Shown: positions 24,109-36,826 of the stretch, piece after piece | Layout: the number at the start of each line of letters is the position of its first letter | Numbering within the stretch: position 1 is the first letter of the stretch | DNA from: Marsupella aquatica | Lineage: Eukaryota > Plantae > Marchantiophyta | Reading direction: 5' to 3' | DNA length: 64,000 bases | Assembly: GCA_973895155.1 (NCBI GenBank) | Contig: OZ316896.1 | Coordinates: 6,004,166 to 6,068,165, forward strand | Notes under the pieces: model-generated | The model's input: only the letters and a program-made list of their open reading frames with translations | What the model was told of the DNA's origin: nothing | The model's database searches: none | Translations under genes and position numbers: made by a program

Positions 24109-25960
24109 ATGACTATGGCTCATCCAAGCTATCTCCCTTCCAGTGGAGAATTTGATGTAGACTTGGTGGCTATGGATGATCCAGGGGAGGTAGAAAAGGT
24201 GCGTAAAGCTATGCAATCGACACATTCGTTGATACATGCTTTCAACTAGAGTTGGAAGTTCTTGGGAGGAAAAGGAAGCAAGGAGTCTCAGTTTCTGGAG
24301 TACCTGGAAAATATAGAGGCCAATGCTCCTGCCCTCGATGATTATGTGGAAACTGAGAATGCAACGCTCTTGGGGGAGGATTGTGGGCCTTCGATTGATG
24401 CTCTCATCTCCTTCCCGTCCCTACTAGATGATGGGTGGGATGATCTTGCCTTCAATGGAATGCAGCCTAATTCTCAGGCACCTAGTGGGACCCCAATCAA
24501 GAGCGTGGTCAGGGTAGCACATGACAGATTCCAGCCTGATCAGGATCGGGACTCTCGCAGGCGAAGGAGGCATCATGATAGAACACATAGCAGCAATAGC
24601 AGCCTTGATGAGAGAAGACGGAAGGGGAAAGGGAAGGAGTATAGAGATGCAGATCCACACAATAGAGGTACATACAAAAGAAGAAGAATAGAGGGAGATG
24701 CAAGGGCAGACAGAAGAGAGAGGTACTCACCTCAGCGTGAACGTCACTCCCACAAGAAGCGACAACCTTCTCATGTGCGACCTATAACTACTGTTGTGAG
24801 TCAAGACAAACTCCCAACCATCACCTTGGATGCGTTTGATGCTAGGCCGGATGTTCTGGATGAGAAGGCCCTCACAAATCGAGTGCAGATGTGTTGTGCC
24901 AAGCACTGTCCTGGTTGGACAACTTGGAAGGATCTCGCACAGAACCCAAAGAAGTTTCAGCTCCTCTTGAACGATGTGCAAGCTAGGTTTAGGAACGGCC
25001 GTGAAATAGACTACAGGCACATCAGACAGAAGATCGTAGGCTACCTTGCAGATTGGAGGTTTAGATGGAGAAACAAGGTTCAAAAAATGAGATGCCCAAG
25101 GACAGAGCAATACCTGAAACCAGAAGGAATGAGCGACGCCGACTTCAAGTTGATCGTGGCTGAGTTGGAAGCAGCACCTGACACCCCAGTAGGCAAGCGA
25201 GTGCACATGGGGGACAAAGCTGCTGCAGCCCACAAATCAAATGGCCACCTACGTGTGACCAATTTCTAGGGCCATGGAGGATGGCAAGGCTTCCTCGCAA
25301 CCTATGGAAGTCCCCAACCCTCTTCAAAGCACAGCTTGCTCATGCTTCGGTCGCTGCAGTGAGAACATTAACTTAATGTCGTTTTTACGTTCTAACGTCG
25401 CAAGTTCTCCATTTTACGTCTACCCACCCTACGTACACCCTACCTAAAGTCGGCTCTCACAATGTTACATTTAATTAACGTCGTTAGGTACATTATACTT
25501 AACGACGGTGGTGACGACGTTCTCCAATTTCCTGCATAAACGCAAGTCTGGAGCCAACGCCAAGCCAAGTGAGCAGGAGCGGCTCTATTCAAAACGCTAT
25601 GGCCTGACGGCCCTATGGGCTAAGCTGGACTCTGTCCCGAAGGACCACCCAATGGTAAGTTACATAGTCAGGTTAGGTTCCTTCTATACTAGGTTTTGCA
25701 TCCACTATTTGCAGGAGGTAAACTGATCCCTTATGTCATGTGCAGGAGGATTGGAGTCCTCCAAAGGGGTTAGTGGCACGGCCCATTGCGGAAGATGAGG
25801 AGGTAGATCATGGAGGGGAGGAGCCTGATACACATGAGGAGGCCTTAGTAGGCTGTGGGCAGGAGGGCAGTTTAGGTACACAAGGCCGGTCATCTTCTGA
25901 CCTCTCCCCTCCAGTGGAGACTGATAGGGGTCATACCAGCCATAGACGACGGAGAGAGAG
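24109..25960 (+). pseudogene. CACTA TnpA/ORF2-like accessory protein, divergent from TnpD
   Basis: 335-aa ORF with an R/H/S-rich linker and WTTWKDL...LLNDVQARF...IVGYLADWRFRWR, resembling plant TnpA-type proteins. Downstream exon remnants at 25540-25653 and 25746-25960. Confidence 0.55.
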
Positions 25961-28854
25961 ATTTACATTTCCATATACATAGATAACACCCTGCAATAGG
26001 TCTTATTGTTCACATGTTTGTTGTTCCATTGATTCGCAGGGCAACAACATGAGTATACAGATACATATGAACATAAGTTTACACCATATAGATAGTTTAG
26101 TTATCCAGCCTTTTATAAAGACATTGACATAGGATTTCACCTGTTATCAATATCAAAGCATAAATTTCCTCTGTGACAGTGAAAGATCGCCCTTGCTTAC
26201 AGTTTAGACTAGTTAGACTCCTTACGCTATTACCCAGGTGAAATTATTCACTGGGCCTGTACTGGGTGACAGTATTACTCTAATGCTGTGTCCACAACAT
26301 TGAGCATAGGCCATAATCTCTCTCCAGGAATAGACGGACGATATCTATTCACCCCTCCAGTGTCTTCGTTCAGCCCCCGCCACTGGAGTGAGATCATATT
26401 TCATTCATACGATTTCGTGTCCCATGTTTCTACAGCAATGTCTAGACGGTTGCGGGGAGACATGGGCCGGAAAGAGGCGAGCCACCATAGCATTCTATTT
26501 ATTCTAAATCATCATTTGTTCATACAGAGGCGACATTCAGACATTCAAGTAATTTTGCACATTCAAACATTTTAGATATGCAGCTACGTGTCCGTGATGT
26601 AGCACCTGAACCAGTTGGTCGCCCTGAGGGCTAAGGGTGAGCCGAAGTCGTAAGTCGCGACGATCGAGACACAAAGGGAAAATGCCAAATTGAAACAATG
26701 ATAACTTTCCAACGAGAGCTCCGTTGGAGGACTTCTTGGGTGCGTTGAAAAGCTCTAGAGGGCTACATTCTCTTGAGATCATCTGAGTCTAGGGGTGCCA
26801 TAGGTTGTGAGGGGTTGCGGGGCTATCTCGCTCGCTTGTCAAATTCTGTCAAAATAGCAGCCAAGCCGCGTTTAGTCTCTCAAGGGAGCTTGCGTTGGGG
26901 AGGCAAAGTCAAGTAGGCATGGAGGTTGAGTTCCAAGGGTACTTGGCCCCTAGACCCACCAGTGGGGCGAGAATCAAGAGTTTGTTGTTGGAGTCTGGGT
27001 CATTCTGGTCCCGACGTGTTGAGACAAGCTTAGTACAAGCCTCGGATAAGCTTTAGGACAAACTATGCTTATTGGGCCATGAACATGTCCTGAAAGCAGG
27101 GCGGTCAGTCGGTGATGGATAGGTACAAGGGGGAATCCGGGTTGCTCCCAAGGAAGGAGCTATTCTGGACAAACAGTGGATGTCGTTCTGGTTTTGGCTT
27201 ATGGCATCGAGAGGACCTATCACTGACCTACTTACCAATGTTTGTTGAGCTTGAGTTAGGATGCTAGACTTGGGAGATCTAGATCCTGAGGGGTTACTTA
27301 TTGAGACGCTTGGTTGCTTGTGCAAACAGTGAGGATTGTTGAGTAGCAGTCGTGTTGGAGAGCAAGTGTGGCTTTGTATGGGAGGGGCCACAATTGGTGT
27401 AAGGGACACCAGGTTGCTTACTTAAGGTATTCCGTGGAGGTGTTCTGGCACCGGGAGCAATTAGGCATGGGTGCTAGGATTGGTGAGGGCGTTGGGTGGC
27501 TAGGTCCATCACTATGTTCCCTCCAAAAGTGAGTTATTAAATTGACAATACACCATTTTTGGCAGGTTTCTTATTAGAATAGTAAGATTGACACCTCTTG
27601 CATTGGCCAAGGCACAATTTGTTGATGGAAGTTACCTCAATGGTATCTTTCTAAAACTATCCTTACTTAGTTATTTGTTATTCATACATGAATTCCAAAA
27701 TAATTGAGTAGAGACTACTTTGTTGGGATTTGGATATGCAGAGTTGCGCCCAAGATTGTGGGCGACATTGAAAGATTATTTAAATAAGCAATAATTTTAG
27801 TCAGGTTTTTGCAATCTTCTGTTGGTGTCCATGGCATGAAATTTACCTTGTCCACCACACCAAAACTACAAACAATTATCAAACAAATTTTGCTATGTGT
27901 TCGATACAATTATAAAAAATTGATTATTCATTTTAATACTATGTCTTCTAGCTAACTTTAATCTATAATTACATATTTACCACAATATAGTCCACAATGA
28001 GGGCCTTTTTCTTCAGAGCCGCTACTAAAATCTAATATTTATGAGAAAATGTGGAAAAACCAATAGCACAATATGATTGGTTAAATTCAAATTTTGGGGG
28101 AAGAGAAGATCTAAGTCGGGCGCCCTTATTATCTCCATGAATCTCATCCGTCTTTAATGGGCAATCTATGGCTCAAATAAAAGATCTCAATGAGATCTAC
28201 AGATGAATTTTTTTGTTGTTAAAATGATTGAATAGTTTTAAAATGAGAATAAAAACCAAATCCAAACCATCCTGACCATTGATTTGATCTTTGCTGAAAT
28301 CTATAATGTTCATTGCATTTTGCTAATAAAAATATTTTTTGTCCATATTAAAAGGTGATCTACAACGCAAATGAAAGATCTTGAGGAGATCTATGGTCTG
28401 GTCTTTTCTGTTTCAAAAATGAGTATATATCTTTAAAAATAAAAATAAATGATTTTTGTTGCTTCCTCCTCTTCCTCCTGCCCAATACTTGTTTCCATTA
28501 AACTTTCATGTTTCTTTATGGCTGTATAGTCCTAGAGATAACAAAATTGGAGATGAGAGATAACAATCACCGTATCTATTCAACCCGTGTTTATTAATTT
28601 ACCTAATTTTTTATTCATTTATCCAAATTTTTCTGGCCTCTTTACTCCCCCCCTCTCCCCTCATCGCCCTTTCTTTCCTTGCTTTCCCCTTTTGCCCTCC
28701 CAGTGCCTCGCCTTTCCTCCTCCCACTTTTTCTTCCCTTTAACACCATTAGAAAGATGAAAAAGAAGTTAAAAAATGGAAAAAAGACAATTAATCTCCAA
28801 AAAATTAAATCTCTTTTTTAAGAGCAAAAGCCAAAATAATTTAATGTCAATCTT

Positions 28855-31359
28855 CACTGATCAACGTAATTAGTATCACACACATTATTTGAGAATAAAA
28901 GTTTTTGAAGGATGTCACCATAATTAAGGTGTGTGAGACTATATAAGAAGTTTTTAATTTTTAAATGTTTTTGCTATATAAGAAATGAGTAAATACATGT
29001 TATTCAATTTTAAAGTAAGGGAGATTATTTTTTGTGACCCACAAATAGTGTGTGATGAACATTTAATTAATGTGTGTAACTTATGAGTTTTTCTAGCTGG
29101 TAAAATCAAAAACATATTTAATTAAATATGATTAAGAATACAATTCCTATGACAATTGACTAAACTTCCTACTTGTAATTCTGTAATCTGAGTTTACTTG
29201 GACAATCCATTTCCAAATCGAGAATTGTCATGTCCAGATTCATCAATGTGTGATTTGAAATTATTGTTTTCAAACTCAAAATCCATAAGTGATTTTGCTT
29301 TAGAATCAATACTACTAATCTATGGTAGAATTGCGGGAACAACGTCAATCTTTGTATCTTGATCAGGTACATGTCGCATAGAAGGCATAAGGGTGCCTTC
29401 AAAATAAATCATATATTTTTAAATCAAATTTTGAAGATTTGGATTCAATTGTTGTTTTTGCCACACTCCATTGATATCAAGGAAATACCACAACAACTTG
29501 TTCAATCTTTCCTTGTATACGTTATCCCAATGTGCTTGTCTTGTTGTTGATTGACCTTCTATACAAATTTTGCAGCAGACTTTAAGAAAAATTGGTTCAC
29601 AGGATTCTTAACTGCTCCAAAATTCTGAATTTTGAAATCCTCATGACTGTCTTCAACTTGTGCTTCTCTCAAACATCATTATGTCCATGCATCCTTGATC
29701 TTGGAGATCACAAACAAATCACAAGGTTGCGTCTTATCAATGGGGCATGGAAATAAGTTGCATATGGTAGCATTCGATCTTTGTAGTGTTGTGAAAGAGG
29801 TTCTATCATGTAGTCATGGCCCTTGAAATTGTTGACAAAAATCACTCTCATTTGCCCGCCTTAAAGATTGGTGACTTGGCACCATGGTTCATTCAACCAT
29901 TGATTCCAATAACTCTTGTCACGAAACCATTCTTTGCATATCTATATGCAACACCAAAAATTGTATCCTCCATATTCCTAATAGGATGAGAGCAATGATC
30001 ATTCTAGAAAACAATCATAGGAACCTTTCTGATAGACGAGATGATAGATTGAGACCGTCCAGTGAGACGTATGATCATGGTCATGCCTTGCCCACTAGAA
30101 ACTACTTATGCATACTTGACATTGTCATCACCACAAAATCTCAATGTTGACAACGAAATGAGTTTCATCAGCATTTTCAACAAGGTCTTCATTTAGGGTA
30201 CATCATTGCTTCCAACTCTCTCTTGAGTTGTCCCATATGGAAAGCCATCTTGCTTCTTTGCACTCACCATCAGTTTCCTTGTTTGTGCCCTGCCAACAAT
30301 GTTACATTTTCCCATAAATCTTTGAATTCAATGAAGTGTAATCTTTTTTAAGATAGGAATTTCTCCTGATTAGAGGATTAGTTGATTCGTCAAGCATATG
30401 CTTTGCCAACTATTGCAAAAGCTTTGGTGAAAATTCACTCTTAATTGATTGAACTTGTCCACTATAGACTAGTACAACCATGTAACCCAATCCTCTGTCT
30501 TCCTGTCTTGACCTTCTCTTGCCTTCCGCAATATCTTTTGAATGATTTCATCCTGATGGATATTGATGGAGTTTGTCCTTTTGTTGATTTGCAACCAAAT
30601 TGCTTGAAATCTACAACCTTCTTGAGATTTGCATTTTCACTACCTTGAAATAATGATGTGAAGTCCTTAATAGTCCTTGAACATAGTTCAGCTTGGCCAT
30701 TTGCCTCTTGATCTCGCCTCATCCATGAAACTATCTTCGTACAATCTTATATGGTCACGACGTATTGAGATGTTCTCTTATGCTTTGTTTGCACTGCTTT
30801 TGTACGTGTGACTTATTGATCTGGAAAACAAGTTTCAGGTAGTGAGTTTTTTGGAACATCTTTGACAAGCCTACAAGTAGTGACAAAACTCCAATCCTCC
30901 CTATATTCCTCACTCTAAGTCCAGATTGAGAAAATGCGGATATCAGAGGCAATGCAACTAGAATGGAAAATCCATTGTGGAGAATGCGAGGGAGAATGTT
31001 GTGATTTTTAAACTTGAGAACACGCAAAAAAATTTGACAAAAATATTACAAGATTGGTAAATAGATTTAGCAAAAATTTAGGCAAAGTTGTGGTCGGGAG
31101 CATATTAGGAGTGCTCCACCGGGGAGACCTATAAAGCCTATATAGTTTGATCCTAAGTTTGACCTTGGTTTTGTAAAAATCATCCATCAATTTTCAAACA
31201 AATATTCCTTTATACTCTCATGAAAACATTTTTTTTTCTTAGTGTAGTGATATTTTTATGAATGTATAGAAAATTAGTAAGAAACTTAATTTTGTAATTT
31301 TTTGAAGATTTGTATTCACACCCTTAATAGTGTGTGTAAGACTATTTACGCACGGAGAC
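28855..31359 (-). mobile_element. Degenerate pogo/Tc1-mariner-like element with a DDE_1-type transposase remnant
   Basis: Minus-strand translation gives IVGRAQTRKLMVS, FHMGQLKRELE...LVENADETHFVVN (~30150) and DKTQPCDLFVISKIKDAW (~29720). Subterminal inverted motif TAGT(A/C)T(C/T)ACACAC at both ends; TA at 31360-31361. Confidence 0.75.
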
Positions 31360-34300
31360 TAAATAAATTATGATACCAAATACGGTAAACAATGTACTCT
31401 TCTTCCTCTTAGTGTTTGCTCATTATCAAAAATTATTATTTCAAGTCAATATATTTTCACTTTAATGCTCCATGCCAAAATGTATTCTAAATAGACTATA
31501 AAATAATATGCTTTCAATTTCAGGTTCCATGCAAGCTATAAAATAATTATAATAACACATTCAAATAATATTTTACATAGTGTATTTGTAGCCTATTAGA
31601 ACCAATCTTAGGTACTCATTTCACTCAAGCCAAAAACCTTAATAATTTTTAGAAAATCTGACAGTTGAGCATTGTTCCCTCTTTTTTCATTTTGGTAATA
31701 GAATGATGAAAAAAAATAGGTGAAATTGGTTATTATAATAGTAGATTTATTATATTTTTCTTGCATCTGTCCCCTCTACACTTTCCAATAATATATTAAA
31801 AATGGTATTACATTTTATGTGACATTAAGCCTACCAAACTAAGATGCATCAAAATATAGTAATGAATGAGTGATAAGAGATACGATTGCTCATCTTCACC
31901 AATTATTTATGTATACTAGCAAGTAGCACCAAAATCATTTCAAATGATTGAGTTCTAAAGACAAGTATGAACAACCAAAGCATAGATAAATCGATATATT
32001 GTCTCCAATCATCCCCCATAGACCATGACATATATAGTGAACACTTTACATATAATCATGATAAAAATCTACATAATAAATGTTCTCATGGACTCTTTAT
32101 CTACATGTGATTTCAGTTCAACCACAAGTAATCAAAAGACTATGTGCACCAAAACTAAAGTCTGGATGGATTGCTATGATGTTCTAGCTAACCCTATGAA
32201 TTGTGATAGAGAACAAACCCTATTTCACCCAATACTAATTTGAAAGAGCCCAACTGCAAATGGATTGAAAATTCTCTCACTAATTGTTTACCTATGTTTT
32301 TGTCACGGTAAAAATATTATCAGCACCCAAAAATCAAATTGAGAATGCAAATGGAATGGATTGAAGCAGAGAAAAATCATCCATAGCTCCGCAACAACAA
32401 AGTACTCAAAGTGCTCCCTATAAGAAGAACAATATTGTATGAAAAACATAATTTTTAGTAGCTCCAACCAAAAACATTACTTAAAACTCTCTTTGCAACA
32501 AGAGCAACACTCCCTAAAAAATAGGATTCATCAACAATACTCAAAAACTTGAAATCATAAGTAAGTTTGTAACAATAAACTTGGTCAAAATATTATTTAT
32601 AACAAGAGCAATGGTTTGTAAAAAATAGGGTTCTGCAGCAATCCTCATGCAAATTGAAATTTCTCCTAGTGCAAAGGAAAAATTAATACAATCTTGTTAA
32701 ACCATAGGTGCCCATATAAAAGGGTCACTTTCCCTGCCCGAACACTGTTCACTTCTGCCCCCGGAGAACAACAGAGTTGCCCCCAAAAAGTGGAGCTAAC
32801 CGGAAGTGACGGCCCTGACCGATAATGATGGCCTCTTGCCCCACAATTGCCTACGATAGCTCTCTCCATGAAAGTTGTCTGACATTTTCCTCGGTATTAT
32901 GCCTTCCATTGTATTCCACTTCAAATTTTTCTCGTCTACTGCTTGATTGTTTTCTTGTCTACTGCTTGACTGTAGTCTCTCAATAATCTGACATGCAATT
33001 TTGATTTTCATACCACAAAAATGACAGATTGTAGGCATTTTTGAGAAGGTGGGCGCAAACGCCAACCCAGTTTGAACACACGACCTCCCAAATCTAGGCA
33101 ACTATCGTAACCACTGTGATCTACTGGCTTTACAGATTGAATTGACAATCAACAGTATAAGATCAACTATTTAGAGATCACCCTAATGCACTTGTGACCC
33201 TGTTGCGCGAGCTACCCGTCTCACAGCCCATGCCCACACCAAAACTTGCCTCACCCATTCCCACTCCTCGGTGCCTACCTAATCTCTTCCCAAAAATAAA
33301 GTGCCCATACCTCTTCATTGGAGCCAGGGACTCGGTTATAGCTGTTCACGATCCGGTTGTATTATTATACCCAGTGGCAGGAGACCAACACCTGGATGTC
33401 ACCTTAGGTACTTCTTGATGGCTACCTAGGCTGCCCGGGACCCATGAGGACATGCCCTAAGTGCCCAACCCCCTGCCCATCTGCCCATCTCTCCCCGATC
33501 AGCAAGATAATAGAGATTCATATTATCAATATTCCCTAACAAAATCACTATTTTAAGTTTTTCTTTTTGGGGAAACATAGATCTCGGCGAGATCTATGTT
33601 TTGAGCCCAAAATTGGCTTATATCATGGACATATGAGATTCCAATGAGTGTAATAAGTTTGGATCGTGATCTCTTGATAGAGTGAAAAGAAAACTTTGTT
33701 GTGCACAATGAAATTACAAGTAACCCATAGCTTTTATATGTGCACTTGTGGTTTAACAAGAGCAATGTTCTATAAAAATTAACATTCTGCAACAACAATT
33801 TTGTAAGTTGTATAGTCATTTTGCAAGGTATCAATGCCCTATAATCTCAAGAAAATGTGTAGAAAACTTGTTATGTTCTTAGAATATTTCCTTTGTAAAA
33901 AAAGTATTTATATTTGGCTAAGATTACATGTGGTACTATAAAATATACACTAAATTAATCGCTAAGTGATTGAGATCAAGGAAATTTCTTTACTTATAAT
34001 ACTAACTACCTACTTACTCTATGAAAGATATATATTGAAAAATATTCTATAAATCTAAGTTTGAAATAACTTTTGACATAGGATGTTAAAGTCTGGATGG
34101 ACATGCACATTGTCCATGAAGCGTTAATGGATAAACCAAACAATGCATGGACATGATTAAAAATATAAACATTGGAGATTACTATTTACATTCTATCGAG
34201 TAACCAAATCATTAATTATTTCAAAAATTTTGTCTATCACTAACTCTATCACCAATTGTGTTATAAAGATAGTTTGTAAATGGCTGGAGCACTTTTAATT

Positions 34301-36826
34301 GAAACCTTCCTCCATTCTCCCAATACTCTTTCCCCTTCACATAATTACTAGAAAATAATCTATAAATCTTAAATACTTGGGGGTCTCACTATATGTATGC
34401 CTCCCCATCACCTACAACATTTTTAGGTCTTGGACTCTCTAAAATGTAAGAAAAATATTATTTTTAAACCCCTATAAAAGTTTGAAATATTCCAAAAAAT
34501 TGGTTAAAAAGACACTAATGTTCTTATAAGTTTCAGAATTGGATTTAAAAGACCCTATTATTCTTTAAAAAAAAAAATTAAGTCTGTTTTTCGAACCAAT
34601 AAAATGACCCTATTCTTTGTCGCACGTGATGTGCCATTTTTGTGGAAGTGAAACCCCCGAGATCTTATATAAGTACCATATCTGGTCTTTATGGTAGATG
34701 AAACTTTGAGTAGATTGAGTGCTTCACATTTTCTAGTGATACCGCCTCAAATAGTTTGCTCAATGATAAAAAACCAAATGAACCAAATTTTATCAAAACA
34801 ATATTTTTATGTTTACAAGCCTTAGCATAAGCCCAACAAGATTGGGGAAGCAAGCAGCATAATGACTCGAGCACCAGAGAAACAATTTTCACCAAGGAGG
34901 CTAAGGGGCAAATCTTAAGCCCAGATAAGCTCAATGTCTGTAGTACTATACCACGAACATAAATTAACATTTAAGGTCCAAAACTCGATATTTGATCCCA
35001 TGGAAGAACAAGTAAGGAATGATTTTCTATTGTTTAGCACTTTTGAATAAGTAAAGTAACAAAAAAACAGGTTTGAGCCTTTTACTATGATTGCTCAGCA
35101 AGGCATAGATTTGAATGTTTATTTAACATTATAAATAAAAGAACAAAATAGAAACAATTAATAAAAGACAATGAAAATCTTGAGGTATGGTGAGGGAGTT
35201 TAGGAAACAACCAAGGTTACTCCTCAACATAACTTCATTTGATGTGATTTAGATGGTATATCCGTGAGAAACATTTATGGAAAGGATTACTTTACTAGGA
35301 TGATTACTAAAATATCGTCAACATGTCTCAACGTTTCCTTTCAAGGTACTTAATGGAGACTAGTAATCAATCACTTCGGTATCCAATTGGTACTTTGTGT
35401 CACGAACAAGAGACACCATCATCATCAAATTTGAAGTCATAAGTCATTGGAAATTAATCCTTCTTAGCATCATGTGCTCAAGCAAGATAACGCCAACAAT
35501 TATGCATCAAGAACTTTTAGAATTATGTAGATCTCACCAATTAAGGAATCTACTTCTACACATTCCAAAGTTTCAACCTCTTACAAAATTTTATTTCTTT
35601 GCTCTGAATTTTGAAATATCCAAATGCAAAGACCTTGGGAGAAAAAATTCTTTGCATTAAGTCACTCTAATACAAATAGAATTTCTTTCTACAAAGTGAA
35701 GTGTGTTACAATATGCAACAACAGGCTTACATAATTTCCTCACACAAAAGTGACAAAAACTCTACTACATATAGGCTAGCAAAAACCCAAGAGAAAAGAG
35801 ATAATAAAAGGACATGCCCTTTCATATCTCAAGAGTCCTGAACTAAAGTAAAAAGTATCAAAAATATGCTACAGGAGTACTCAAGGTTCACTAGAATGCT
35901 CCTGGAATCAAAAATTTATCAAAAGTTATCCCTAGTGTTAACTGGAGTAAAAGTGTCATTGCACCTTTGTGGTAAAACTAAATAGTGATTTTGTAGGAAT
36001 TTTAACTTCTAAAATTAAAGTCAGAATGAGATGAAAAGTTTTTTAGGTGGTTACATACATGCTACATGCTTGCAAAATCTCAGACTTTTTTAAGGTGTCT
36101 AAGTGCCTCAATAAAATAGATAAAAAGTGCTGTCGGATATAAAATACAATTTTCCGGAAACTTTTCTAAGTGTCGTAAGCGCCGTTGCGCCTTTGCGCCA
36201 AGGAGTAGTAGCGCCGTTTCGGTTTTGCGCACTTACGCTATAGCAAAACTAGAATGTTAATAACCTCCAAACCACATGACGGTTTGAGTCGATACTTTCA
36301 GGGTAGGTTCTACTACATAAGGGCTACCTCCTACAACTTTTTTAAATTTATTCTGACTACTTACCTCAGACTTTTTTATCTATTCTGACTACTTAACAAA
36401 AATTGCTAAGATTAGTTGATCTTGAGTTGAAGGGTGGAGTAGGTCAATCTTCTTGAAGCAGTGTTGTCTGGTCCGATGGTTGAAAATTCATGAATGTCTC
36501 TGTTTGAATTACTTCTCAAAGGAAATCCAGAACCTGAGTATCATGTCGAGCAAAAGGAAGAGATTTGATTTGTCGTTCAACATTTAAAACAGGGAGCTAG
36601 TAGTCTCTTGTGGAACATAGTGTTCACCTTGCTAGCTTGCATGTAGATGCCAACCAGATCATAACTACAACAAGTGGCATGATAGTTGCGTGGAAACTTG
36701 TTGATGAAAGTGTCGGAGTCCTTGGCAAGCGACAAAAGTGGAGTAATGCTAGGTAATAGTTCCCGCCACTTCAGGGTGTAATCAGCTAACCGTTGTGAAG
36801 TAATGTTGTTCTAGATTCTCTGGCTC

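Larger units (their letters stand above)
16090..26200. mobile_element. Degenerate CACTA/En-Spm DNA transposon (~10 kb) with accessory ORFs
   Basis: TnpD-type transposase exons (-), a TnpA-like ORF (+), a SET exon, a third ORF, and shared TTAACGTCG motif clusters from 16.1 to 25.5 kb. CACTA termini not identified; boundaries approximate. Confidence 0.8.

Noticed and set aside
26300-27520. GC-richer segment, possible LINE or gag fragment
   Set aside because: No RT, endonuclease or complete zinc-knuckle motif could be read.
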